Shown piece by piece: positions 49,517 through 64,000 of a DNA stretch of 64,000 nucleotides. Numbering within the stretch: position 1 is the stretch's first letter; every line of letters begins with the position of its first letter. The DNA lies in the NCBI GenBank assembly GCA_951406725.2, contig OX597816.1, forward strand, positions 20,460,001 to 20,524,000, given 5' to 3'. The notes below the pieces were generated by a model. That model was not told the origin of the DNA and did not search any database. It saw only the letters and a program-made list of their open reading frames with translations. A program made the translations under genes and the position numbers. The DNA comes from Octopus vulgaris (taxonomy: Eukaryota).

Positions 49517-50465
49517 TAAAAAATTATTATTTTCTCAATACAAACATTCAGCCAGAGCTTCTCATGCATCTACAATTTAACCATGGTGCTAAAATTGTTC
49601 CGTCTCCCTTCCAGTCAGTAGGTAAAATCATACATTTTCACCAACTGTTCTACAGACCATTCGTGTGTCACTTATTGTCCACATAGTGTTCTATGATTCT
49701 TTCAAGTGAGGCCAAAAAGAATACCAAAAAATTAGGAAAACTTAAATGCTTCTGATGCTGTGCACCACTGCATGTGTATTCCTTCACAGTAAAGTGCACC
49801 ATAAACACCTATATTTCTTTTAAAACAACCTTATTCGTAGTTTACTTTTTATTTATAAAATACAAGTTGTAAAAAGCTGAGGGTATTCCATGAGAGTTTT
49901 TGTGTTTTATTTAACGTGTCATGGATCAACGAAAGTTGTAAATCACCAAGGTAGAGTTCCATTATGTAAGAAATTCGTTTGTGATTTAATCAATACCTGT
50001 GTGTTGTTTATTTAGTGTTTTGATCCAGTCTTTTACTACTTCAGTTGGTTCTCTGTAAAGCTAAAGAACAGGTGAAGAAGTGAAATGCTCCGTTGAATAG
50101 GGTTACCTGTCACAGGTAGATTTCCTCACAGGCTGAAAACAATTTGATTGTGCAAACCAACAAAGCATACACTGGAATGAAAAAGGAAGACTCTGTGAAA
50201 GATTGTGTTCTTTCATCTTTTTATTTCTTTCAGACGGTAGCCATGCTGGGACATCATCTTGAAGAATTTAGTCACACAAATCTACTCTGCAAAATTATTT
50301 TTACTTCGAAGTCTGCTACGAATCTTATTGATTCTCTTCACTGAATTGCTAAGTTATTGAAAGTAAACAAACCAATACTTCTTTCAAGTAGTGGAGGGGT
50401 CAAACACAAAGACACCTGCAATCATACACGCACACATACAAACATGCATATATATATATATACTG

Positions 50466-50638
50466 TTGTGTCCGGAGAGAGTGATTTTCTTTTTGTGCCT
50501 TATAGTGTAACACACTCACTGGTAAAATTTCCACTTTTTTCTTATTTATATTTTCCTAAAATTTTCTTTGCATCTTGCAACCTTTTCAAGTCAAAAAGAA
50601 AATGACTCTAAAAAAGAAATGACTCTCCCCAGACACAA
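50466..50638. mobile_element. MITE with imperfect TIRs
   Basis: TTGTGTCCGGAGAGAGTGATTTTCTTT / AAAGAAATGACTCTCCCAGACACAA. Confidence 0.6.
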
Positions 50639-50747
50639 AAGAATATGCTTCAACATACGAAATCATATAAAGAATCTTGCAAACCAAATCCCAAAACGAA
50701 ACATATATATATACATGCATATATACATACATATATATATATATATA

Positions 50748-51990
50748 TCATCATCATCGTCGTTTAACGTCCGTTCTCCATGCTAGCATGGGTTGGACGG
50801 TTCGACCGGGGTTCTGGGAAGCCAGAAGGTTGCACCAGGCTCCAGTCTAATCTGGCAATGTTTCTACAGCTGGATGCCCTTCCTAACGCCAACCACTCCG
50901 TGAGTGTAGTGGGTGCTTTTTACGTGCCACCTGCACAGGTGCCAGGCGGGGCTGACAACGGCCACGGTCAGATTGGTGTATTTTATGTGCCACCGGCACG
51001 GAAGCCAGTCGAGGCGGTGCTGGCATCGGCCACGAGTCGGATAGTGCCTCTTACGTACCACCAGACCAGGGATCCTGGCTGGTTCAATTCGATTTCGATT
51101 TCGATTTCGCTTGCCCCAACATGTCTTCACAAGCAAAGGGGGTTGGCAAGGGTGCCTGTCATACGGTCGCATTGGAGTATTTTACGTGCCACGGCCACGA
51201 GTCGGATAGTGCTTTTTACGTACCACCAGACCAGGGATCCTGGCTGGTTCAATTCGATTTCGATTTCGCTTGCCCCAACATGTCTTCACAAGCAAAGGGG
51301 GTTGGCATGGGTGCCTGTCGTACGGTCGCATTGGAGTATTTTACGTGCCACGGCCACGAGTCGGATAGTGCTTTTTACGTACCACCAGGCCAGGGATCCT
51401 GGCTGGTTCAATTCGGTTTCGATTTCGATTTCGCTTGCCCCAACATGTCTTCGCAAGCATGGGGGGTTGGCATGGGTGTCTGTCGTCGGATGAGGTTCTA
51501 TATCGACTTCGCTTGCCTCAACCGGTCTTTGTGTCCAAGGGAGGAAAGGCATTCATAAGTGGGCTGGGCTCACTTGTCCTGCCTGGTCTTCTCACGTACA
51601 GAATATTTCCAAAGGTCTCGGTCTCTGGTCATTTCCTCAGTGAGGCCTAAAGTTCGAAGGTCGTGCTTCACCACCTCGTCCCAGGTTTTCCTGGGTCTAC
51701 CTCTTCCACGGGTTCCCTCAACTGCTCGGGATTGGCACTTTCTCACACACCTATCTTCATCCATTCTCGCCACATGACCATACCAGCGCAATCGTCTCTC
51801 TTGCACACCACAACTGATGCTTCTTAGGTACAACATTTCTCTCAAGGTGCTAACGCTCTGTCGAGTATGTACACTGACATTACACATCCATCGGAGCATA
51901 CTGGCTTCATTCCTCACGAGCTTACGCATGTCCTCAGCAGTCACGGCCCATGTTTCGCTGCCATGTAGCATGGCTGTTCGTACACACGCA

Positions 51991-51991
<1 letters not shown>
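50748..51991 (-). mobile_element. 5'-truncated RTE-clade LINE (ORF C-terminus 51570-51991, long 3' UTR, (GAT)n tail)
   Basis: MLHGSETW, RRLRWYGHVARM, GRGRPRKTW and RDRDLWK motifs; (TA)n on both sides. Confidence 0.9.
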
Positions 51992-52031
<40 letters not shown>

Positions 52032-53603
52032 CATATGCATGAGAGTCTTCGACACAGTTTCTGTCTACAAAATTCACTCACAACACATTGGTTGGCCTAG
52101 AGCTATTGTAGAAAGCACTTGCCAAAGAATGTTGTGCAGTAGGACTGAAACCAAAACTACATGCTTGCAAACTAAACAGTCATGTCTGCTTTGCTAGAAA
52201 TAAGAGCAAAATTCCTTGAAATCAAACCCCAATGTCTCGTTAAAAAAGGTCACATTAGTGAACACATACACTGATATTAAAAAATATAATGTACTTACTG
52301 CTTGTACTAGAACAACTTTGATCTGAGTTCTGCTCAGACAAGACTGAGCTATGACTAAATAACAACCATTTTTGCTGAAATGCTGCCAAACATGGTAAGG
52401 AAATAATAACACCTGTATGATACTACTTAGAAGTTAGCAGATGCAGTAATTAACACTTAAGTGTCTTGGGTATTGCCTCAGTGGAGAACTGGTGATGCGA
52501 CGTAAACAACTGATTTCTTGGCTAGTTGCCTTTTACTCTGTCAATTCTGCCATCCATGTCTCTAACCTTCTCTTCTCATTTATCAGGCATAGAGCTGTGT
52601 CTCATCAAGAGTGAATCTGACACAACATCAAGCAACATTCCCAGCAGAATTATTAAATATTTATTCCTTGACAGCCAGGTGAAGTGAAGCATGTAGAATT
52701 AGGTGTCCCATCTGAGAACGTAATGATATGCCAATACGTAATAAGATGAACACCCTGATTAACAAACAACTATTTTAATGTTGTACCCTCTAGGGTATGT
52801 GTCTATGTAGAATTATGTGATTTGATTTGAATTATGTATTTTGATTTGAATATTTTTATATATTACGTCTGTAGGCATGGTTGTCTGGGTAAGAAGCTTG
52901 CTTCCCAACCACGTGGTACTGGTTTCAATCTGACTATGTGGCACGTTGGGAAAATGTCTTTTACTATAGACACAGGCTGAACGAAGCCTTATGAGAGAAT
53001 TTGGTTCGAGGAAACTGACAGAAGCCTTTTGTATATATACATATGTGTGAGTGTGTGTATGAGTGTGCATGTATGTGTGTCTGTCTGTGTGTCTTTGTAT
53101 CTGTATTTGCTAACACCACCTGACAAACAATTCTTGACAACCGGTGTTCATATGTTTACATCCCTGTGACTGAGTAGTTCAGCAAAAGATATGACAGAAT
53201 AAATACCAAGCTTTAAAAAAAATCAATAAGTACCAGGATTGATTAATTCGACTAAGAATTCTTCTAGCAGTGCTCCAGCATGGCCACAGTCTAATAATTG
53301 AAATGAGTAAAACATAAAAGACAAAGGATAAATTACATGTGCAGGCATGGATAAATGGGTAAGAAACTAGTAAAAACTAATAATGTCTTCAAATTTTGGC
53401 TCAAAGTTAGAAATTTAAGGTTGGGGGTAAGTCAATTATATCGACCCGAGGGGTCAGCTGGTACATATTTTATCAACCCCAAAATGATGAAAGGCAATGT
53501 TGGCCACAACAGAATTTGAACACAGAATGCAAAGACTAACAAAATGCTCCTAAGTATTTTGCCTTATGTGCTAAAAATTCTGTCAGTTTGCCACGTTAAT
53601 AGT

Positions 53604-53651
<48 letters not shown>

Positions 53652-53859
53652 CTTTCAGTCATTTTGGCTGTGGCCATGCTGGAGCACCGCCTTTAGTCAA
53701 GCAAATCGACCCCAGGACTTATACTTTGTGAGCCTAGTACTTATTCTATCGGTCTACCTTGCTGAACCGCTAATTGACGGGATGTAAGCACACTAGCATT
53801 AGTTGTCAAGCGATGTTGGGGCACAAACACAGACACACAAACATATATACACACACACA

Positions 53860-53918
<59 letters not shown>

Positions 53919-54103
53919 ATATATATATATGTATATATACGATGGGCTTCTTTCAGTTTCCGTCTACCAAATCCATTCACAAGGCATTGGTCGGCCCGAG
54001 GCTACAGTAGAAGACACTTGCACAAGGTGCCACGCAATGGGATTGAACCAGGACCCATGTGGTTTGTAAGCAAGTTACTTACAACACAGCCACACCTACA
54101 CCT

Positions 54104-54115
54104 ATAATAATAATG

Positions 54116-54173
<58 letters not shown>

Positions 54174-54231
54174 TAATAACAATAATAATATTAATGATAA
54201 TAATAATAATGATGATAATAATAATAATAAC

Positions 54232-54290
<59 letters not shown>
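54104..54290. repeat. (AAT)n microsatellite
   Basis: Seen directly. Confidence 0.95.
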
Positions 54291-54620
54291 AACAGTGAGA
54301 GGGATTGGAGAGACTTATTAAATACATCTTGCAATGATAGAGTTCAATATTAGCTCTATGTCTATTTGAATAGGCAACAATGAAGCTTAAATGAAGAAAG
54401 CATAAAGCATCTAAGTTAAATCGAAAGCGAGTTAGGTAAACGGTTTTCAGTGAAGATCTTTATTATACGGAGAGATCAATATTTGTTAGCAATATGAAAA
54501 TAAAATTTCATTGAGGAAGAAATAAGAAAATACTGCCACACAAAACCTGAATTAATAGGAATATTTGAATATCTGGTCTGAAGAAGTTTCCAAACAAACT
54601 TTTCATATCAACATTAATTC

Positions 54621-54667
<47 letters not shown>

Positions 54668-54777
54668 GTGTGTTTGTGTGTATAGTTATATATTCAATGT
54701 GTATGTGTGTGTGTGTGACTGTAAAATAAATGGCAAGTACAAGTAAACGATATAAATGATACAAAATTTTTTGTGAG

Positions 54778-54816
<39 letters not shown>

Positions 54817-54914
54817 TATAGTTGGAATTTACAAAAAATCAAAACAAAAAACGAACATGGGTGTATATATATATTCATATATCATTATCATCTGTCATCA
54901 TTATTTAACGTCTG

Positions 54915-54945
<31 letters not shown>

Positions 54946-55579
54946 TATATATATAGATATATATATATGTATATATATATACAGAGAGAGAGAGAGAGAG
55001 AGAGATGGACAGGCACACAGAAACAGAGAGACAGAGAGTGAGATAAAATAGATATGGCTGGTCAATATATATATGTATACATGTATGTATGTTCTTATGT
55101 ATGTATGTGTGTATGTATGTATGTATGTATGTATGTATGTATGTATGTATGTATGTATGTATGTATGTATGTATGTATGTATGTATAGACACACATTTGA
55201 GGGTATTTAATTATATATAAATAATATATGTACATACACAAACTTAAGAAATAAATTTCTAACTGTATGAAGGAAGAATAGATTACTTTATGTGAATGTG
55301 TACACACACATTTTATACATACATACATACATACATATATATACATATACACACGCACATGCACAAATATATATGTATATATATATATGTATGCACATAT
55401 ATATATAAATATGTATGTCTATATGTATGTTTGCATTTACAGAAAATATAACAAGCATATTAATTTATACATGAACTAAATAAAAATATTTTTTCTACAT
55501 ATTTTTGTCGTACATTTTTGCATGTGTGTGTGTATTTATATTTACATTTATATCAACACACACACCCATGTATATATAT

Positions 55580-55657
<78 letters not shown>

Positions 55658-57502
55658 GTATATTGTGATAAAAGGAGGTTGCTCCAGAATCAGCTATTTA
55701 AACTATTTATATGCTGGTGATTGTAAAAGAATTTTCAAATGCGAAAGAAGGTGAAATTGTTTCACAGTCACGATACAGCACATTATTTTCTGCACCTCTT
55801 GTCTATAGAGGAAAAATTACAGCATTGAAAAATTTTGTTGCATGTTTGAATGAAATTTCAGTTGAGATGTTGAAAATTCCTATGTAATCAGGTGCAAAGA
55901 GAACAGGAAATTAGAGAAGCTGAAGATAAATTGCAGATAGACACTGCATTATGTTTAGTGTTTATGAATATTTTCTTTACATTTACAACTAAATTCTATT
56001 TTTTGCCTGCTAAGATTTCCATCATCTTATTATTCCGTGATGGTTTTGGCAATGATTCGTATATAGTCTGTTCTGTTCTTCTATTTTTACATTCTTCTAC
56101 ATCCTGTATCGTGATGAAGGTACTTTGCAAAACTAAACCAAAAAAAAAAAACAAAAAAAAAAACTAAAAATGAAAAGCTGAAAACAAACATCATGAAATA
56201 CGGAATAAAAATGAATAAAAATCAAGCACAAAAATTTTCAGGAAAGGTAAGGGAACGCAAAAACAAAACAAAAACAACCCAAAGATAAATAAATAAAAAT
56301 TTGTTTCAAATATATGAATAAATATATTTAATCTAGTTTTAAAAACAAAACAGAGTAAAATTCAAAAATGAAAATGAAAATAAACCCAAAAATATTTCAG
56401 GAAATGAATTGAATAACAATATAGATTATTGAACTGTACATATTTGAAAGGAAGAAGAATACTGAAAGTATCTATGGACTTAGTCTATAACTTAGTTCTG
56501 TCAGCCCACCTTTCCTTCCCGCACCTCCAGGTGTATGGGAAGAGATGATTATTTTTCCATTTTTAGCACAATATGATCCGGCATTCCTAGAGATGTGCCT
56601 CCCACTACACTGCATCAGTCATGCACACAAACATAAATACACACACACAAACACACACACACACATACACACACACATGCTTTAAAACATGAAACACTAA
56701 TAGGTAAAGGTGTGGCTCTGTGGTAAGAAGCTTGCTTCCCAAGCATATGGTTCCGGGTTCAGTCCCGCAGCATGATACCTTGAGCAAGTGTCTTCTACTT
56801 ATAGCCTTGGGCTGACTAAAACCTTGTGAGTTGATTTGGTAGAGAGAAACTGAAAGGAGCCCGTCATATATATATGTCTATATATATATATGCATGTATG
56901 TGTGTGTGTATATGTTTGTGTGTCTGTCTACAACCCTGCAAGGCAGTGCTCCAGCATGGACGCTGTCATATGACTGAAGCAAGTCAGGTCAAAGATGAAA
57001 GACAAATGAATTAGACAAGCAGAAGCATGGCTGTGTGGTTAAGAAGCTTGCTTTGCAACCCCATGGATTTTGGGTTCGATCCAGGCACCTTGGGCAGGTT
57101 ACTTCTTCTTTAACCCCAGGCTGACCAAATACGTTTGTGAGTAAATTCACTTAATAGAAGCTGTGTAGAATCTCATCATATATTTATACATACACACACA
57201 CAGATATATTTAAACGGGTGTGTTGAAAAGTTCCTGGTTTTAAGGGTAACATGAAAGGCCTTGCTGGAGGCCCAAACTTCCGAGTTTTATTACAGAGCTT
57301 AGAAAATCTGTAGGGCTGCTGCAATGAGTGTGTTAATCTGAGATGAGGATATCAGCCCGATGTTATAGAAGGTACTTGCCCAAGGTGCCATACAGTGAGA
57401 CTGAATTTGAACCAGGTGGTTGGTAAGCAAACTACTTACCACACAGCCACTCCTGTGCCTACATACATATATATATAATTATATATATACACATATATAT
57501 AT

Positions 57503-57561
<59 letters not shown>

Positions 57562-57646
57562 TATATAAATGTATGTATGTATATATATATATAACGGGAG
57601 GCTTTATGAAAATAAACAAAAGACGAAGGCAGGTGGAAAACAAACG

Positions 57647-57718
<72 letters not shown>

Positions 57719-58505
57719 CACACACACACAAATATATATAGAAAGATAAATAGATGAAAAGATAAATGGACAGTTAGATAGATTGATAGACTGACAGACA
57801 GACAAACAGACAGACAGACAGATAAACAAATAGAGAACAAGCTCTGATGAATAATGATAAAGGTGAATAAATGATTACCCAGCGCAGCAGCTGCTCACAG
57901 CATCAGTGAAGATATTAGTCACAGTTTCTTTAACCAAGGGTTACAAATCTCATCTGTGTATGTGGTTGGTTGTGAGTACACATCATTAAGAAGATCTTAA
58001 GAAGATTTAGATACATTTGATGTTCTCCCCAGGTATTGCAGGAAAAATTTTATAATGATGGTGATAATGAGGAATGACAAAGACAATATATGTTAATATA
58101 TATTATTATCATTTGGGTTTGGCACAAGTTCTGTCTTATTCCTGGTAAGAACTTTGTGGCAACATGTTACTACCACTAACCTTAGGTATCCACAAGTTTA
58201 CAGCAGCCGTTCATGTGCTTAGAACCCTCCTGATAATCCTTACTGTCTCTAAGAGACAAACTTTCGGTAGGAGCTCAACTGGTCATTCTATTCCAATCTC
58301 CTCCAGCCATTTCTTTGCTTACTGTTTCTAACATAGGTGCAGGAGTGGCTGTGTGGTAAAGTAGCTTGCTTACGAACCACATGGTTCCGGGTTCAGTCCC
58401 ACTGTGTGGCACCTTGGGCAAGTGTCTGCTACTATAGCCTCGGGCTAACCAAACCCTTGTGAGTGGATTTGGTAGATGGAAACTGAAAGAAGCCCATCGT
58501 ATGTG

Positions 58506-58559
<54 letters not shown>

Positions 58560-58864
58560 CATGTATATGTTTGTGTATCTGTGTTTGTTCCTCCAACATT
58601 GCTTGACAACCGATGGTGGTGTGTTTATGTCCCCATAACTTAGCAGTTCGGCAAAAGAGACCGATAGAATAAGTACTAGGCTTACAAAGAATAAATCCTG
58701 AGGTTGATTTGCTCGACTAAAGGCAGTGCTCAAGCATGGCCACAGTCAAATGACTGAAACAAGTAAAAGATTAAAACAGTAAAAGAGAGAGAGTACACCA
58801 ATTATTATAGATTCAACCTTTACTGTTCGTATGCTCCAAATTCTTAATTCAAATTTTAAGGGAT

Positions 58865-59095
58865 TATCCCCCACTACTTCCGCTCATGATCAGAGATGCA
58901 CATATAGTCAGCCACTAAGGGACATGCTCAACTGGTTAAGGTCAAACAAGTGACAAGCAAATCTGTGATATTGAGCAGAATATTTACTGTAGCCCATTTT
59001 TTATACCAAGACAAAATAATGTACGTGATAACACTTCCAGTGAGTTAAGATCAGAAGCCATGAGAGCCACTGCCAGGTACTGCATCAGGGTATTT
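58865..59095 (-). mobile_element. family E fragment abutting (ATT)n
   Basis: Reverse complement of 15930-16150. Confidence 0.8.
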
Positions 59096-59098
59096 ATA

Positions 59099-59149
<51 letters not shown>

Positions 59150-59187
59150 ATTATTATTATTACCATTATTATTATTATTATTATTAT

Positions 59188-59237
<50 letters not shown>

Positions 59238-59264
59238 ATATCATTATTATCACTGAGCAATTGA

Positions 59265-59295
<31 letters not shown>

Positions 59296-61674
59296 AGGAG
59301 AAGGAATAGGGAGAGGGAGAGAGGGAGAGGTGGTAGAGGAGAGGAGTGGCGGGGTGGGAGGGAAGGGGAGAAGGGAGATGTTGATGATGATGATGATCAG
59401 AAGGAGGAGGATGGTGGGGATGATGATTACGTTAATGCGGGGGAGGACTAAGAGGATGAGGAACAAGGATGATGAAGAAGAAGCAGATGAGGAGGAGGAG
59501 GAGAAAGGAGGATGGAGGAAGGTGAAAGATGGAGGGTGGAGGATGGAGGATGGAGGGAGGACGAAGAGGCAGATGTAACTGAAGTAAAAACATCATATTT
59601 CCTCAACACAGAAATAAGAAACTTTATGCCTCATTTCTAAAAGCGAAGACAAAATTTATATGAATGAGATCATCTCTGTTCTGTTTCATCTCAACTCAAC
59701 TATTTACAAAACATTTTCGACTTCTTCAGTTTTACTGCCATGTTTTCTTCCCCTAAGGATAAGATTAACAGCTTCTCAAAGTCACTGATTCCTTTTGTAG
59801 CTTTTATTTCTCTTTTGTATATTGGTTTGTTTTTAACTGTTCTTTTCTTATTAATGTTTGTTTTGTTCGTTAATGCTGCTAAACTGTTATTACACCTTGA
59901 AACAACAATAAAATCGATATTTTAACATCTTGTCATGTAAATGTTATTGATGTTGTTCTTGTTATTTTATTTTTGTTTTATTCTGTTTTTGCCTTTTTTT
60001 TGCTTTTTTTTTTAATTCTTTTTCCGGGGCTTGCTGATGGCCAGAGTTCAGATTTATGACATGTAGTGAACACATATAGGAACTTTGATATAGTTTGGTT
60101 TTATTCTCAATATTCTGTCAAGCTTTGGATTAAATGTGACTAAATCATTTGTTTAAACCGCTGCCTGTATGAACTAAACAAATGATCCATCACGATTGTT
60201 CTTGCTGCTGCTTTTTGTTTGTGCTTTTGTTGTTGTAGTTGTTGTAGTTGTTACCGCTATTTGATGGGTTTATTATTGATGGGGATGAGAACGTTGATGT
60301 TGTTGGGTGGTTAGTATTTGGCGATTCCCCGTTATGGTATGTAGTTAAATTAAGAGAAGAGGGAAAAAGCAAACAAGAAATTAAAAAGTAGAAACAAGCA
60401 CCGACTGTCAGTGCAATCTGTCGAATGCCAAACATAAATGACCCTATTGAAATTTTACGAGGAAGCAATAAATTTCATCGGTGGCATAGATTTCTTCGGA
60501 AACCCAAGGATTTATGGCCTGTACTGAAGCAACCAACTGAACTAGTATTTCCTTGAGCATTACAAACAACACATTACAAAGCAATAAATTTAACAATCAA
60601 CCCATATATTTCAACATACAACATAGGCATCCTTTTCATTAAAAACATCTGGAAGTTTTTATCCAATTTAATATTTGAAACATCACATATGCTTCAGTTG
60701 ATAAAAAAGCCATCAAATCGAACATGCAGTTGAAGTTTGAAGAGTTTTGTATCCTATCACTACAGAGATATTCCATTCCTGTCTCCTTGATTCTTAACAC
60801 TTCCTAGTTACATTTCATACAGCACTAAAAATACACTACATGGTAGTGATATGCACAGGTCACTGCTATAAGAAACTGGGGCACTTTGGGGAATTACAAC
60901 CGTGTTTCATGGTCTGCTACCACAACAGCTCCTTTATAGGATCCAGTTAGCTCAAAACATCATCAGGAGGAACCACGTCCAGTTTCAGCCCCTACTCCTC
61001 TACCGTTTTGACGTGGCAGGGCCCCCCATTTCGAAGGTGTCTTCAGCTCTGGTGCTGGGTGCATGTCTTCTTTCTTGAGGTTCCCTGGCCTCTTCGATGT
61101 ATCGTCAGCGAGTGTCAGCCAGTGACTGACTGACTTGTCAAATTTTTCCCCTTAAATACCTGCCGCTAGGCTCCAGCAGGCAGCCCTAGCAAGTTGTCAT
61201 GTGACAATTTTGCCCCAAGGCCAGCTAATTTCAAGGGAGAAGTTAATTCAATTACATTCACCCAGGATTCAACAGGTACTTATTTTATCAAACTCAAAAG
61301 GATGAAATGCAAAATCAGTCCCAGCAGGATTTGAACTCAGAACGTAAAATTGAAAGAAATGATGCTAACCATTTTTTCTGGAATGGTTTGTTATCCTTAT
61401 GACTGATTTTCAATTTGCTATCTTTATAATTATCAAGAATTCCATTAGCTTGCAGTGCTAAGTTCAATTGCTTTGGTAGGTACCTCTTGAGATTGGATGG
61501 AAATGGATGGTTTACTTTAAGCTGTCTGAGAAAAGAAGAAGGTGTAAAAATCTTGGTTTGGAAACAAATCACCCCTTTTCTACAGGTGAGACACAAAGGT
61601 ATGAAAAGTTACAGCAGAGAGAGTAAAAACATCCAAGGTTAAATTGTGGGATGACTAATTATTTATTTATTTAT

Positions 61675-61950
61675 GCACCCTTTTGAAGCCTGGTTTCCCG
61701 GTTTCTGTGGCATATGTGTTCCCCCCAGCTGGACGGGATGCCAGTCCATTGCAGCATTACTCAAAAAACAGGAAGAGAGAGTGAGAGAAAGTTGGGGCGA
61801 AAGAGTACAACAAGGGTCGCCACCACCCCCTGCTGGAGCCTCGTGGAGCTTTAGGTGATTTCACTCAATAAACACACACAAAGCCCGGTCTGGGAATTGA
61901 AACCATGATCCTCCAACTGCAAGTCTGCTGCCCTAACCACTGGGCCATTG
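61675..61950 (-). mobile_element. family C-type tRNA SINE
   Basis: Homologous to 25860-26378. Confidence 0.8.
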
Positions 61951-62639
61951 ACAAAGGTTAAACTAAACTCTGACTTTAATTAAAACCAATTAAGCATTCT
62001 GTCATATCCTCTGCTGACTCCATAAGAAGTCCTCTTTCCCACCTGCCATTAAAAACTAGGCTGGGGTCCTTATCTCTGCAGAGAACAGCATCCTTGGGAG
62101 GTGGAGTGAATATTTTGCTGATCTCCTATATCTAGTTATAATAAAATTTACTGGCAGATGGTTTAGACAAAGCTAGGTTCCATTATGTTCACTCTTGAGA
62201 AAGTACTGGAAGCATTTTAGGATTTATAAGCATTATTTCATAACCTTGCAATGCAAAGTTCAATTCTTGTAGATACATCTTGAGATTGGATGGGATTTGA
62301 TGGAATTGGGTGGGATAGGATTGATTCTATAAATCAGATTCTGCTATTTGCCCTGAGATGTAGACTACTCAGTGGTATACCGGGAAGAAAACTTTAACTG
62401 TTTCTGAGAACAATGTGGGCCAATGAAAACCAGAAGAAATACTGGAATCATCTGGTCAATATTTGTGCAATTATTCTGTTAGAACAGCACCTAATATAAA
62501 ATGGAAACACAAGAAGTGTGCAATTAATAATTCATTAAACATCTGTGGATATCAGAACCAGTAGATCTGTATTTGGTTGCATCGCTTTATCTTCTAATTT
62601 CAAATCTGGTTGAAATTATATTAACTTTGACCTTATCTT

Positions 62640-62716
62640 TCTTCATCATAATCATTATAAACATCATAATCATCATCCTCATCATCGATGTCATCTTCAT
62701 CATCATCTTCATCATC

Positions 62717-62753
<37 letters not shown>

Positions 62754-62787
62754 CCATCATCATCATCACCATCATCATCACCATCAC

Positions 62788-62837
<50 letters not shown>

Positions 62838-62856
62838 CCATCATCATCACCATCAC

Positions 62857-62904
<48 letters not shown>

Positions 62905-62935
62905 TGTGATTATCCTCATCTCCATCTTCATCGTC
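62640..62935. repeat. (CAT)n/(CAC) microsatellite
   Basis: Seen directly. Confidence 0.95.
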
Positions 62936-63619
62936 TTTTAAGGCCCTTCTTCCATGCTGACAAAGCAGTTATATTTTGAAAGTCAGTTCAACTAAATATA
63001 TGCTTTCCTTTCTTTATGACCTTGTCTATATCAGTTTAAAATATCAATATCCAATAACTAGTTTAATAACATAAAATGTAGGCTTCATTTTATCGCTCAG
63101 CTTAACACGACTACCAGGACCCTGGGCACCTTTATTAAAGTACATTTTGTATAGACGCAGATATGGCTGTGTAGTAAGAAGCTTGCTTACCAACCACATG
63201 GTTCTGTATTCAGTCCTGCAGTGTCACACCTTGTTGGGAAAGTGTCTTCTACTATAGCCTCGGGCTGACCACGAAGACAGATCACCATGAGGAAAGTTCA
63301 TCATGAGGGAAGATTATCGAAAAAATATATCCTTTGAATGTGAAGGTGCATGGCTCAGTGGCTAGAGCAGCGGGCTCACAATCATGAGGTCATGGGTTTG
63401 ATTCCTGGACAGAGCTGAATGTCATGTTCTCGAGCAAGGTACTTTATTTCCGGTTGTTCCAGTTTGCTGTAGGCATCACTGGTGTGAAGCTGTATCACCC
63501 TTTGCCTTTCTCTTTCCCTTGGATAACATCAGTAGCATGGAGAGGATGGACAACTGCTGGTCTTCCAACTTTGCCTGGACTTGTGTGCCAGAGAGCAACT
63601 TTCTAGGTGCAATACAGTT

Positions 63620-63880
63620 CTATAATTAAGAGATGAGGAATGATGTACGTTATTTATATTCAACAGATATTTGTCCTCATCGTGTTTGTTGTTAACACAC
63701 TGTTTCAGCTGATATACCCTTCAGCCTTCATCAGGTGTCTTGGAAAAATTTCAAACCTGGGTTCTCGCTCCTAAGGCATTTTTCAATGCTGTTATTATTA
63801 TTATTTGGGTCACTACCTGGAATCAAACTCGGAATCTTGGGGTTAGTAACCCGCACTCTTAACCACTACACCATATGCCC
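63620..63880 (-). mobile_element. family T SINE with a hammerhead motif (63694-63738); another head starts at ~63940 (+)
   Basis: A box TGGTGTAGTGGTTAAGAG; ACAC-CTGATGA-A-GGCTGA..TCAGCT-GAAA-CAGT-GTGT. Confidence 0.8.
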
Positions 63881-64000
63881 ATGCAATTGTGGAGTAAATT
63901 TTAGGGCTTATAAATCTAATATTTTCCTATGCTTCCTTAAGGTGTCATGGTTAAGAGTGCAAGCTACTAACCCCAAGATTCCAAGTTCGATTCCAAGCAG

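Noticed and set aside
50780-51493. 237-aa ORF, the longest in the track
   Set aside because: Antisense reading of the tandemly repeated RTE 3' UTR
57844-57875. CTGATGA core
   Set aside because: No stem II or GAAA; chance heptamer

Overview
AT-rich, repeat-saturated eukaryotic DNA with no convincing intact host protein-coding gene. Nearly all ORFs in the track are microsatellite or SINE artefacts. The mix of tRNA-derived CORE-type and Nin-type SINEs, RTE/CR1/Tx1/R4 remnants and dense (AT)n, (AAT)n, (CAT)n and (AG)n tracts suggests an octopus/cephalopod genome (inference). Recognisable coding remnants are all from transposons: two mariners, a rosa/DD41D-like Tc1, a Helitron PIF1 helicase, and RTE, R4-like, CR1 and Tx1 LINE ends. 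A ~3.9 kb near-identical duplication flanks a 100-N gap and is probably an assembly artefact. The main hidden signal is a set of hammerhead ribozyme (HHR) motifs in several unrelated short elements, mostly embedded in (TA)n tracts and often arranged as inverted fold-backs, as expected of Penelope-like element termini. These include one fully canonical type I HHR (6840-6925), several core variants (CCGANGA, CUGUNGA) and a tRNA-headed SINE family carrying a minimal HHR. All structures and coordinates were read by eye, and no activity is demonstrated.
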